Below, in pieces: positions 9,886 to 21,130 of a stretch of DNA of 24,530 nt. Origin of the DNA: Tubulanus polymorphus (taxonomy: Eukaryota; Animalia; Nemertea); assembly GCF_964204645.1 (NCBI RefSeq), contig NC_134036.1, forward strand, positions 7,480,363 through 7,504,892. The letters are read 5' to 3'. Under the pieces are notes generated by a model. It saw nothing but the letters and a program-made list of their open reading frames with translations. It was not told where the DNA came from and did no database searches. Position 1 is the first letter of the stretch; the number at the start of each line of letters is the position of its first letter. A program made the translations under genes and the position numbers.

Positions 9886-10446
9886 ATTATAATACTGAAG
9901 GTCTTAGATATCAAAAATGTAATCTCGATTGTATATATCTGTTTTAATATTGTATTGTTTACTGTTAACTAAGTATTGCGCAATAACCGGTCCGATTGGA
10001 CCGCATTTCTAATGTTCTCCATTGTTCTATTATCAATCGCTAAAATTTGTATAATAAATATATCTGTTTATGAAATAATATTTCCACCAGTCGTTTCTTT
10101 GAATTTATTTTCAGTTGAGGATTTGATATCGAGGATCCGAAATGACTTATCTGGACAGTTATAATTACTGCTCCTAATAGATAGACAATAGTAGTGAGAT
10201 ATCAAATAGAATTTAAATAACATATAATAAAAAACAATAACTTCAACTAGCTAGTGAATTCTATTATATTTTTAATATTTTCTTTTCAAAAAGAGAATAA
10301 TTTATATTTTGAATAGATTCAAATATAAATTCTTTAAATTCAAATAGCTAGTATCAGTAGTCAATACTAGAATTCTTTAACTTTAACTATCTAGTATCAT
10401 TTTATAATACTTATAATATTTTTCTTATTAAATTTCTCTAATATAA

Positions 10447-11053
10447 ATGTCAAAGAAATCGAGTAAGAATAGTATTGATATTGAAAAAACATTAGATGAT
10501 TTGGGCATTAGTGATAATAAGGAGCCAGTTGTTTCTAATTCTATTCAAGTTAATAACAATATAGATTATTAATACTATTTATATTGTAAACACCATCTTG
10601 AACTATTGATTGCTAGCGGAAAGTGTAGAGAGTTTTTAACTAAGACTATTACTTTTCAAGAATTAGATGCTGAAACCAGATAAAGTAATAAAATATTTTA
10701 AGATTTATGAAGAAGCAAGATTAGCTAGAATAAATGATTCTATTTCAGATGGTATTGTCAAATGTTATTCAAAATTATGTAACCAGTTAATACCAATTAA
10801 TGATGAAAATGAATTATATAGTGATTTGAAAAATGACTACTTAGTTATGACTGAATTACAAAAATGGGTTGGATATGCTTCATTTCAATTAGGATCGGTT
10901 ATGACATTAATTTCTACTGGCGTCATTACATTTTCGAACATCAAGCCTGTGGAATATAAATCAGGTAAGAACGAAACAGATGACGCTGTACTACAACCAA
11001 ACGTCGAAACAGAAAATGAATCAGAACAAAAATTAACTAAAATAAATGAGTGA
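10447..11053 (+). pseudogene. Polinton hypothetical protein, disrupted
   Basis: TAAATG start at 10447 (MSKKSSKNSIDIEKTLDDLGI), a stop near 10570, a LIASGKCREFL segment, then a frameshift into the 128-aa ORF 10667-11053. Confidence 0.65.
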
Positions 11054-11396
11054 TGGAGTTAAGAAGAAGCCTAGATCCGAGAAACAAATTAAATGGGCAA
11101 GAGAATTAGGTAAAAGATCTGCAGAATTAAAAAAAGCTAAGAAAAAGAAATTAACTGATATAAATGAATCACAGACTTTATCTGATATTGATAATAATCC
11201 ATCTGATTCTTTTAATGCTGGAAGTAATTATAAATTATATATTACAATTGGATTAGTAACAGTTATTATATTATCCGGTGTAATATATAAATCAAAATTC
11301 AAATCTAATGATAAAGATGATTCCAATGATAATAAACCTATCATACCAGATAGTCAAATCATAAAGTCATTGAAACTAAATCTAAATTATTATTAA
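11046..11396 (+). CDS. Small basic protein with a single transmembrane helix
   Basis: Lys/Arg-rich N-terminus and hydrophobic LYITIGLVTVIILSGVIY. Overlaps the upstream stop codon. Confidence 0.7.
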   Translation: MSDGVKKKPRSEKQIKWARELGKRSAELKKAKKKKLTDINESQTLSDIDNNPSDSFNAGSNYKLYITIGLVTVIILSGVIYKSKFKSNDKDDSNDNKPIIPDSQIIKSLKLNLNYY

Positions 11397-11410
11397 TGGA
11401 TTAAAAGAAG

Positions 11411-12523
11411 ATGAAAAAAGAACAATATTTAAGAGATTTATATTATAACCCAGAAAGTGAAGTATCATATTCTAACGTTACTGAATTATGGAATAAAATT
11501 AAATCTAATAATGAAAATGGCGCCGTACGGCACCCACATGGTGATATAAAATATAGTGAATTAAAATCATGGTTACGAAATCAACCAACATATCAAATAC
11601 ACAAGAAAATGGATAAAACTTATTTAACAAGAAAAGTTATGGTTTCATATATTGATCAACAATGGCAAGCAGATTTAATTGACATGAAGAACTTAGAGGA
11701 ATACAACAAAGGATATTTCTGGATACTGAATGTTATAGACATATTCAGTAGATACGCATGGAGTATACCAATCAAAAGTAAAACTGGTATAGAAGTGACA
11801 AATGCTTTTAAATCTATATTTAAAGAAGCTATTCCAGATAAGATACAATTTGATGAAGGTAAGGAATTCTATAGCAAACATTTCAAAAAACTATTATCTG
11901 ATAACGATGTAGATTATTTTTCAACACATTCAGATAAAAAAGCATCTATTATAGAAAGATTTAATAAAACATTGAAAACTAGAATGTGGAAATATTTTAC
12001 TGCTAATGAAACATATAAATATATCGATGTGTTAGATGATTTAGTGAAAGGTTATAATAATTCTAAACATAGTTCTATAAATATGAAACCTATACAAGCT
12101 AGAAAAGAAGATAATTCGGAAATAGTTTGGAATAATTTATATGGCGCGTTGGTTACACATGATTTCGGAGAACCTAAATTTAAAATTGGACAACACGTAA
12201 GAATATCTAAATATAGAAAAACATTTTATAAAGGTTATACCCCAAATTTTACTGAAGAAATATTCAAGATTAAAAAGATAATATTAACTAAACCTTTTGT
12301 TTATAAATTAGAAGATCTACAAGATGAAGAAATATTAGGTTATTTCTATGAACAAGAATTATCATTTGTACCAAATCCAGATGAAATAGAATACAAAATA
12401 GAAAAAGTATTGAAAACATAAACTCTTAAAGGAAAAAAGTATTCTTTGGTGAAATATAAAGGTTAAGATGATAAATTTAATGAATGGATTTTATCTAGTA
12501 AAATTAAAAGAATAAATGAATAA
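11411..12523 (+). pseudogene. int: Polinton retroviral-like DDE integrase with C-terminal chromodomain; two premature stops in the chromodomain
   Basis: WQADLID / IDIFSRYAW / IQFDEGKEF / IIERFNKTLK give the D,D,E triad, followed by FKIGQHVRISK...GYTPNFTEEIF. Read-through gives YKIEKVLKT*TLKGKKYSLVKYKG*DDKFNEWI (stops at 12419 and 12464). Confidence 0.95.
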
Positions 12524-13127
12524 AGATTTATTTATATTTGAACCGCATAATATGTTAGTTACTGGAGTAACAAACTGTAGTAAAACACATTTCATATTAG
12601 ATTTGTTAGAAACTATTTATAAGAATCATTGTGATAATATAATATTATTCTGTCCTACTTATGAAATGAATAAAACATATAATAGAGATATAGTTAAGAT
12701 AAAAAAGTTTATTATATTAGATCCTAAAACAGTAAAAGAAAATTTAGATAATTGTATAAAAATAGCAATTGATACTTATAAAGGATCAAATACATTATTC
12801 ATTGTAGATGATTGCGCAAATTTACATGATTCAAAAGTTAGAGAAAGTGAGATATGTTATCTAGCTTTCTCTGGAAGACATTTTGGGATAACAACATGGG
12901 TTTTAAATCAAAAATATAATTCAATTGTTAAAGACTTTAGGGAGAATATAAGATTTCTAGTTTTATTCTACAATAAAGATAAAAAATCTATGCAGCAATC
13001 ATTGGAAGAAAATCAAATTATACCTACTGAATTACATGATGAATATATGAATAAATTAAAGAATAATAAAGGTTCAAAATTATTACTGAGACTACAATTT
13101 CCCTATGAATATAAATTTATAAAATAA
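12516..13127 (+). CDS. A32/FtsK-like genome-packaging ATPase (Walker A degenerate)
   Basis: VTGVTNCSKT (GxxxxGKT with G>S), Walker B LFIVDD and SGRHFGIT..LNQ motif. Confidence 0.9.
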   Translation: MNKDLFIFEPHNMLVTGVTNCSKTHFILDLLETIYKNHCDNIILFCPTYEMNKTYNRDIVKIKKFIILDPKTVKENLDNCIKIAIDTYKGSNTLFIVDDCANLHDSKVRESEICYLAFSGRHFGITTWVLNQKYNSIVKDFRENIRFLVLFYNKDKKSMQQSLEENQIIPTELHDEYMNKLKNNKGSKLLLRLQFPYEYKFIK

Positions 13128-13140
13128 CTATTTATATATC

Positions 13141-13525
13141 TATGTATTAGCTACCCTATTAGATACCCTAATACCTGATGCCCTATTAGATACCCTAATT
13201 GATACCCTATTAGATCCCTATTAGATACCTTAAATACTTAAAACCCCCTTTTTTAAAATAAATATTATTTATACAATTTTCAACCAATTTATTTTTATTT
13301 TTTCAACTAATATATGAATAAGTTTGAAAATAATAAAGGTTATTTATTATTACTGAGGTTTCAATATAAATTTAAAAAAGAAATATAATTTAAGGTATTT
13401 TCAAATAATATGAATTAGATATGTATTAGATATGTATTAGATACCTTAAATACCTTAAATACTTAAAACCCCCTTTTTTATTTACTATTATTTTATACAA
13501 TTTTCAACCAATATTATTATTTCAG
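13141..13525. repeat. 12-bp minisatellite (GATACCCTATTA, about 6 degenerate copies) plus an ~80-bp diverged direct repeat in the convergent intergenic region
   Basis: Tandem units at 13146-13230. ataccttaaatacttaaaacccccttttt...tttatacaattttcaaccaat occurs at about 13225 and about 13450. Confidence 0.8.
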
Positions 13526-13543
13526 TTAAATATAATTAATATT

Positions 13544-14311
13544 TTAATCACTTTCACTATCAGACCCTAACAATCTATTCAAACTCTCTACCGAATCTTC
13601 TTCAAATTCTTCATTATTTTTATACTTATTCTTCACCTTCTTTACCGCATCATCAATAGTTGTTTCATTGGTATGCTTATTCATCCAATCAAATTTATCA
13701 TTATTTTCTACTTTATGTTTCATAGAATCTTTATTAGTGTTTGCTCCTAATATTTCATTTACAGTGTTTGGTTTTAATATTTCATTAGCATCGGTTAGAT
13801 CTAATTCATCTTTATTAGGTGTTGCTAATAATAAATCTTCATATATTTTTTCACCATTTACTTTTTGATTTGAAACAAACTTTGTAACATATCTAAATGG
13901 GTGTTCTATAAATTCTTTTAAACCAACACGTTCTATAACATTATTTATATGTACCCTTGTATTCATATGTTTATTCCAATTTGATGTAGCGTTTGAAAAT
14001 TCACTTTTACAATATCCACAATAATTTCTATTTTCACTAACATTTAATATTATTTCATTATTAGATGTAGTAGGTATTACATTATTAGATGTAGTAGGTA
14101 TTACATTATTAGATGTAGAAGGTATTACATTACTTAAATTATCAACAACACCACTTTTATTATTATCGATTTCTATTAGTTTAGTTTTATAAATTTTGAA
14201 AATAGAATCAAATATCAAAGCTATATTACAAGGTATTACATAATATAAATCATCATTATTTTCATGTGTATCGATGTATGGAATATGTTTATATACTTTA
14301 CCTCCTTCCAT
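13544..14311 (-). CDS. Hypothetical protein with a C2H2 (U1/matrin-like) zinc finger and acidic tail
   Basis: NYCGYCKSEFSNATSNWNKHMNTRVHINN. Intact 255-aa ORF with a TAAATG start. Confidence 0.7.
   Translation of the reverse strand: MEGGKVYKHIPYIDTHENNDDLYYVIPCNIALIFDSIFKIYKTKLIEIDNNKSGVVDNLSNVIPSTSNNVIPTTSNNVIPTTSNNEIILNVSENRNYCGYCKSEFSNATSNWNKHMNTRVHINNVIERVGLKEFIEHPFRYVTKFVSNQKVNGEKIYEDLLLATPNKDELDLTDANEILKPNTVNEILGANTNKDSMKHKVENNDKFDWMNKHTNETTIDDAVKKVKNKYKNNEEFEEDSVESLNRLLGSDSESD
14056..14132. repeat. 24-bp in-frame tandem repeat, 3.2 copies (NNVIPTTS)
   Basis: cattattagatgtagtaggtatta x3. Confidence 0.9.
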
Positions 14312-14343
14312 TTATTACATATATTTTTATTAAAGTTAAAATT

Positions 14344-15591
14344 CTAATACATAACACTATTTAATTGAGAATTTATAATATTTAATTGCTCGTCAGATAT
14401 AATATAAATGTACATTTTAAAATTTTTGATTCCTTTATTCTTTGTCATGAATAATTGTATTCCATCTTTAGTGTTTTGTATTTTTTTTCCAGAACCATGT
14501 AATGAATTATCCTCTGTTGTTCTAAAATCTAACCATAATGCATATTTATTACCGGTATAATAATCAATTTGATTAATGTTACAATTTTCAGATGATTTCA
14601 CTTTTTCATTCATAAAATGTTTTCTAATTTCTGGCCATTGATCAATCATTCTCATTTCTTGACAAAATATTTTATTTGCTATTCCTTCGATAGTTATTTC
14701 CACTTTTGTTATTTCAGGATTATAATAATTATCAACATTTATTGCGCCATTAGTATATGTTGCAATGGTAAAAAATATTAATATACCTTTAATAGATCTT
14801 CTTGGGAAGTTAATATTCTCATTAATTATTTCATCATTTGCATTAATAGTAACAGTTTTAAATTTATCAATATAATCATATAATAATGAAAATCCTTGAT
14901 TGTATTGAGTTTGAATTATACTTGAAATATTTTCATCAGTTACTGTGTCATATTCTAAACATATATTCGATAATTTATAACTCATATCTTTATTAACGCT
15001 AGATATTACAATTTCATTTACAGGAGCAAATGTTATTTCGAATATAACGTCTTCTTGAATTGCGTATTTATATAAAGGTGCATTGTTATTTATCAATTCA
15101 AAGTCTAATGGAATTTTATATTTGCTTCCATATATACTTTTTATAAATTTTTCTACAGCATTAGTTAATATTGCATTATGTGCTTCTGATCTTAATTTAT
15201 TTTGGTTTTCTGATTGGATGCCTTGAAATATCATATTTTTTCTATTTTCTTTAGTTAACCATAAATCTTTATAATGCATAAATAAATTATAATCATCTAA
15301 TGAGAAAACTGTTTCTGGACCAGTCTTTATAGTTAACTTTTTAATCAAATATCTTCCAACATTATCAACAACATAATTATTATTATTACCGGTAACTTTT
15401 ATATCGGCTGATAAATAAATACTATTTGGAACATAAAAAGTATTTTGTGTTAATCTAGGAATTCTAACACATAAAGTTTCATCAGGATTAATATTAGAAG
15501 GGTTATGAGTAATTATATGATGTGATCTTTCTGCTTTAATAGCATTAGATATTCTATGATTCTTAGAAGGATTGATATAACTCCCACTCAT
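14344..15591 (-). CDS. Major capsid protein (double jelly-roll, hexon-like)
   Basis: 415 aa, beta-rich. ITHNPSNI...VRIP.L, NVGR..IKK, YKDLW, IPLDFEL, NICLEYD, RSIKGIL, YNPEITKVEITIEG, YALWLDFR...LHGSG resemble adintovirus-type MCPs. Size and context fit. Confidence 0.85.
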   Translation of the reverse strand: MSGSYINPSKNHRISNAIKAERSHHIITHNPSNINPDETLCVRIPRLTQNTFYVPNSIYLSADIKVTGNNNNYVVDNVGRYLIKKLTIKTGPETVFSLDDYNLFMHYKDLWLTKENRKNMIFQGIQSENQNKLRSEAHNAILTNAVEKFIKSIYGSKYKIPLDFELINNNAPLYKYAIQEDVIFEITFAPVNEIVISSVNKDMSYKLSNICLEYDTVTDENISSIIQTQYNQGFSLLYDYIDKFKTVTINANDEIINENINFPRRSIKGILIFFTIATYTNGAINVDNYYNPEITKVEITIEGIANKIFCQEMRMIDQWPEIRKHFMNEKVKSSENCNINQIDYYTGNKYALWLDFRTTEDNSLHGSGKKIQNTKDGIQLFMTKNKGIKNFKMYIYIISDEQLNIINSQLNSVMY

Positions 15592-15611
15592 TTATTTAAC
15601 AAACAAATTAA

Positions 15612-17226
15612 TTATTTATTTTTGATCATGTTTACTAACCCAAAAATAATAGCACTTACAACTGTAATTAAAAATAAGTAATATGTTCAGCAGCAAAGTT
15701 AATAATGTTTCCTGCAGATTTCAATATAAAACCAACAATTGATGCAATAATTCCTGGCAATGCTGCTGCAGCAGATTTCTTTGATAGTTCCCATAAATAT
15801 TTTGCTAATTTCTTTAAACCATTCTTAACTTTATCTTGTATATAATTATTATCTGGGGGTTTATCTGGTTTATTGGGAGTAGGAGTAGATTTCAAAGCAT
15901 TTGATATAGCTAAACCCATTGTTGTAAATAACATAGTTACAGCTGTTAGAATTGAAAGAATTGTGATTCCTTCTAATATAAATAACAATCTTATTCTATC
16001 TTTCAATGATATTTTAGAATCTGGTTTTATCAACAAATCTTTAAAAATAACTTTTAATTTTTTAATACGATTAAGATCATATGATTTAAATAATGTATCT
16101 TTTTCTTTTTCCTGCAATTCTATGTTATATTCTAAATCATCTATTTCTTTTACTAAAGCTAACTTTCTGCTTTCATAATCAGCTTCCTCTATTACTTGAT
16201 GATCTCTATTTAATTCTAATTGTTTTAATTCTTCATCTGCATTAGTTAATTCTTTTTCTAACATGGTTATTTTAGAAAATCTCATCTTAATATTAGCAAT
16301 TTCATCAGATGATTCTTGCATACCTTTAATTTCTCTACGTGTTTGTTCAGGAAATTCTTTTAATTCTTCATCAGTTAAATCAAGTAATCCTTTTTCTAGT
16401 AAAGATTGCATTCGATTTATTCCAGTACTATTCATCTCTTCTTCTGAATCTCTTAATCTATCAATTTTTTATTCTAATGTTAATTGTAATTGATTTGAAT
16501 CATTATCAATTTGTTGAATATCTCTTCTCGATGTTTCTGGATCAACATCAGTAGGATTTGGATTTGGATTTTCAAATGGTGAATATTTGTTTATATCATT
16601 ATTAGGAATTGGTTCTTCTTCATTTATTCTATCGAGTGCATTCCATATAATTCTGAGAAATTCTCTACCGCCTTTTGAACCTTCAATTGTAGATCTTGCT
16701 CGCATTTCAGGTTCAAAAATATTTTCTTGACCCATAGATAATTGAATTGTTACAATAATCCTATTTCAATCAAGATTATAATACCATGAATCATTTTTAA
16801 ATTCTAAATTATTCATCAAAATGGGTCAACTTTTAAAATTTGTTCTACAACACCTTCTGAATCAATTTCATGTATTACAACTTTTGGTAATAATTCGTTA
16901 ACAATTGTATCTGTTACTCTAGATTTCATTTTATATAATTCCCTAGGTTTATCAGGATAGTTTTCTTGTTGCTTTTCTAATAGTTTCATAAATTCTTTTC
17001 TTTCTCTTCTAGTTGAAATTCTACCACTTTCAGGATCTTTTAAATATTTTATTGATTTTTCACGTAATTCGGAATCATCATCTTCACCTAAATTAGTATT
17101 ATATTCTATTTTATTATCATCACCGTCATTAAGACTTGTTTCATCAAAATCAGTTGGTTGTTCATCACTTATACCGGGAGCGTCACCAAAAGTATCAATT
17201 CCAATATCTTCTCCACCTTCTGCCAT
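15612..17226 (-). pseudogene. Large acidic/coiled-coil protein with C-terminal hydrophobic helices, fragmented
   Basis: Three consecutive ORF pieces (16816-17226, 16469-16735, 15668-16435). A 1-nt frameshift after AEHI restores a last TM helix, LFLITVVSAIIFGLVNMIKNK*, ending at 15612. Confidence 0.75.
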
Positions 17227-17242
17227 TTACATAATAAAAAAA

Positions 17243-18274
17243 TTAAAATTTAAAATATAATATTCCTCCGATTACAATTCCTATACAAGTTAAAGCTAAT
17301 TTAGCATTTTCATGGGATTTATTATCATCATTTAGTTTAATTATTTCATGTTGAATATTATCAGTTTTTATATTTTGATATCTTACAATGTTTTCTGGAA
17401 TCTATCTATTGTTATCATTATGCATTGAATCTTCAAATAATACTTGGAATTGTTTCTGCGCATCGAATGAAGTGTTATCATTTCCAATTATTGGTGATCT
17501 TGTTTCAACTTGCGCACCTAGAATACATATCAAATAAGTTCTAATAGATTGATTTATTCTTTGTATACCAGCTTAAGTAAAACCTTCACTATTTTCTAAA
17601 ATGAAATTAACCCAACCATTATTGTTTTGTTGTTGTATATTATTATAATATTTTGGTAATTCATTCCAATTTAGTGTTCTTATATCAGAATTTGTTATTA
17701 TTTTTCCAAATTCTTTAGTATACAATATTCCTAATCCACCCATTGTTCCAATTTTTGCTCTAAAATCTTTATTTGAATTAATATTAAATTCATTACATAT
17801 TTTATAAAACTTAGAAAAATTAATATTATTATTCAATTCTTTAAAATATTTTGAACCTGGTAAAGGACATTCTAATTCATCTAATATTAATTTTATTTGA
17901 AAATAAGTATGAAATCTAAAAAGTGATAACATCAATGGTAAACGTGGTTTGTTTAAATGATCATTCCAACTAATTCCACATCCTGTTGTTGCGCAATAAA
18001 CAGCAAAATTTAAGTGGTTCTGCCAATACTTCATATTAGGTTTTAATAACCATTGTTTTGCCTCATTTAAATTTTTGAAATTAATTGTATACACATGAAA
18101 TATATTTTCCATCTTTACATGAAAATTATTACTTTCAGTAACATAAATATATAAATCAATTAATGAATTTAAAACTTTATTTCTGTATGTAATATCTTTA
18201 TTAAAATCTATTGCTGGAATATTATATTTAATTGATTTATTATATTGGAAAGCTTTTGGAAAACTATCTACCAT
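17243..18274 (-). pseudogene. Polinton hypothetical protein (~343 codons) with C-terminal TM anchor; two in-frame stops
   Basis: WLLKPNMKYWQNHLNFAVYCATTGCG...FRFHTYF. The frame continues past stops at 17573 and 17402 as AGIQRINQSIRTYLICILGAQVETRS...LALTCIGIVIGGILYFKF. Confidence 0.75.
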
Positions 18275-18290
18275 TTATATAATTAAAAAA

Positions 18291-18725
18291 TTAATAATTT
18301 ATTAATTCTTTTAATAATTTATCTTGTTCTTCAACTGTTATATGGCCATTTAAACTTATTATATAATCTAGTGTATTCTTTAATTTATTAATTTCTTTTA
18401 TATTAGTTTTAATTTTTTCTTTATTACTTTTTATATTTAATTTTGAACTTATACCAGTTAAAACACTTGAACTTAATCCTAATACACCAATTGATATAGC
18501 TAAAGGTGTTAATGGACTGAATATTGCTAGAAATGTTATTACAGAACTAATTGTAACCGAACCACTTATAATCAAATAATATATAATTTTACTTTTTAAA
18601 TATGTTTTCTTTTTTATCTTTAAGTCACTTTCAAATTCTAATATTTGTTTTTCAAAATATGTTTTTAATTTAGTTTTATTTATATCATGAGGAATAATAT
18701 CAATATTATCAACTTTATCTTCCAT
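18291..18725 (-). CDS. Two-TM-helix membrane protein with coiled-coil flanks
   Basis: Hydrophobic hairpin IIYYLIISGSVTISSVITFLAIF / LAISIGVLGLSSSVLTGI. Confidence 0.7.
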   Translation of the reverse strand: MEDKVDNIDIIPHDINKTKLKTYFEKQILEFESDLKIKKKTYLKSKIIYYLIISGSVTISSVITFLAIFSPLTPLAISIGVLGLSSSVLTGISSKLNIKSNKEKIKTNIKEINKLKNTLDYIISLNGHITVEEQDKLLKELINY

Positions 18726-18745
18726 TTATTTAGCAAAAAAAATTA

Positions 18746-19168
18746 CTAATTAGTAAACTTATATGCTACAAATATAACAATAACAGTTCCACCTAAAATC
18801 CATATCATTTCATATTTCTGTTGTTCTTTACTTGGGGTATAATAATCTGATAATTTAGGTTTGTATAGATGTAATTTTTCTTTATTGGTTACCGCGTTAT
18901 ATAAACTCATTGCATCATCAACTGATTGAAAATCTCTATGTGAAATCTTCTGATCATATAATTCTTTGTTAATATAATCCATATAGTTTTGTCTTTTTTC
19001 TCTATATTCTGCTGCTGCTTTATTGTATTTCTGTAATGCTAAGTTATGTCTTTTTTGTTCTGTTAATGATCCATTTTTATCAATATGCTTAAATTATTAA
19101 CCGCCACCAGTAAATGCTAAAGCGTTAACAATTGCTGATCCTATAATAGTTATAACTGCAGAAGCCAT
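18746..19168 (-). pseudogene. Small protein with hydrophobic termini; tandem premature stops at 19094-19099
   Basis: MASAVITIIGSAIVNALAFTGGG**FKHIDKNGSLTEQKRHNLAL is in frame with ORF 18746-18982. Confidence 0.75.
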
Positions 19169-19192
19169 TTATTCAATAAAATAATTATGTAT

Positions 19193-19414
19193 TTATATGG
19201 GAGGAATATATTTTTGTTTTTCTAAATAATCAATAGTTAAATTAGATAAAGTAACTGCTAATGTTAATTTTAAAATATCATTGATATCAAATCTATCAAC
19301 ATTAACACTTCCCATTTTGAATACTTTTTTTAATACCATTGAATAACCAACTGTTCCAACTGATAGTAATGCTCCATTATATAATCCAGTTATTATCCAC
19401 TTATTATCACTCAT
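19193..19414 (-). CDS. Small hydrophobic protein (73 aa)
   Basis: Two hydrophobic segments. Abuts the upstream gene (TGAATG). Confidence 0.65.
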   Translation of the reverse strand: MSDNKWIITGLYNGALLSVGTVGYSMVLKKVFKMGSVNVDRFDINDILKLTLAVTLSNLTIDYLEKQKYIPPI

Positions 19415-19771
19415 TCATTTATCAAAAGAATTACTATCATCAAAATATTTAGTTATCTTATTTATGATTAATTCAACATTTATTTCATTACTAGTTTCAT
19501 TTGTATATATTTCAATTATTATTTTTTTAATATCATCGATGATAAAATCTTCATCTAATTCATAAAATCTTAAAGATTCTCTAATTAAATTAGTAATCTT
19601 TTCTACATTTAAAGTTTCTTTATTTATTGTTGTTTCATACTCAAATGTTGTTTCATTAGAAAATGCAATATTTTTGATATGTGTAATTACATCATTAACG
19701 TTAAATTTCATTTCTTTCTCACGTTTAAAATCAAATCCAAAACATATACTCGGTCCAACAGTTATATTCAT
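19415..19771 (-). CDS. Hypothetical acidic protein (118 aa)
   Basis: Intact ORF tightly packed in the minus-strand array. Confidence 0.55.
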   Translation of the reverse strand: MNITVGPSICFGFDFKREKEMKFNVNDVITHIKNIAFSNETTFEYETTINKETLNVEKITNLIRESLRFYELDEDFIIDDIKKIIIEIYTNETSNEINVELIINKITKYFDDSNSFDK

Positions 19772-20905
19772 ATATATAGTGAAAAAAGTTACTCTCTACA
19801 TCTTATAACTAATTCATCAATTACAGGGAAATTATTCAAATCAATTAAATAACCATTATGATTTCTTATTTCTAATTTAAAATTATTAAATTTAGGAATG
19901 CAAGGTTTAAAATCACATTCAGCTAAATTATAATTTATTCGCGTTCCAAATTTTTTAACATTTTTTAATGGTAAAATATTTAATATACTAGAATTACAAA
20001 TTCTATCTTTAGTTGCTTCGAATGTTTTTGTAGGATCAATTAAATGGCAATAAATATAAAAGTGCGTGTAAGGTATTAAGTTTGAATTACCATCTATGTT
20101 TCCTGTAACAATATCTGGTGCAATTCCTAGCAATTTAGCTATAGGTTTTTTACCATAAATGCATGTTGATCTTCATTACCTAATTTTATTCTTATATTAT
20201 CCAGGGAAGTGTGATGAGATGGAATACGGACGCTTTTAATTGCCGGATGTAGGCTATTCAATTCAGCCCGTACATCAAAGGTTACCGCAACAGCAGTAAG
20301 CTACGCTTATCGAGTGTGTGTTACCAGCTGAACACCAGTCAACATCAACTTTGATTCGGTCGCAGAACAACCCGCAATAGTTTTAGCCCGATAAATGTTC
20401 TGCGATCGATACTACGCATGCGCACTGCAGTTCATTGAACCACGTGGAAGTGGCTGTGTATACACATATTTTTCTTTAGAAAATCGGTTGAAATTCAACA
20501 ATTTCTCGTAAAATTTGTCTAAAAAGGTATGTATTTTTATTCGTCTATATCTCCGAAACCCGGAATCGCAACATTAAGTATTTATATTGTGATTAAAGTC
20601 TGTTTTTATGTGTTAAACATTTTTTTTTGCCAGTTCGTTCCGATTCCGGGTTTAGCGTTATTTGGGCCTTGAAGATGTCAAATATTTCGGCCCAGACTCG
20701 CGCAGCTTTCGTTTCTGACGTCATGTTGCTATGTTACGACACAAACATATACACGAAGTATGATCTTTAAAATGTGTATTTACTACATAATAATGTTACT
20801 TAATAACGCTTACATTAGGCCTACAAATTATTGTCCCCCATATAAACCAAGTTACCTAAATAGCATCAGCAATCTCATTTAATTAACCTTTTCTTGTTTT
20901 TAGTC

Positions 20906-21130
20906 ATGGATCTTTGTCGATTGTGTGGAAAAAATGCGAAACCTCCGGATCGTCGGCCTATCGATAAAAATAATTTCAAAAGCCATGTGAAGGAGTTGTT
21001 CAACATTGATTTTGATGATGATACTGAACAGTACCCGATATATATCTGTAATATGTGTTGTGTCAAATTACAAAAATGGCGTAAGAACAAAAACGTTAAA
21101 AAAACTGTCCCTGTGACTATCACAACATGA
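20906..21130 (+). pseudogene. Truncated 5' end of transposon gene A: CRxCG...D....P..IC..C zinc-binding domain (RAG1 N-terminal/Chapaev/ZAD-like)
   Basis: MDLCRLCGK...FKSHVKELFNIDFDDDTEQYPIYICNMC. A splice acceptor ttttcttgtttttag lies just before the ATG, with a candidate donor AAG|GTATGT at 20527. Confidence 0.7.

Noticed and set aside
13141-14132. CRISPR-like array
   Set aside because: These are tandem repeats with no unique spacers, no cas genes, and a eukaryotic context.
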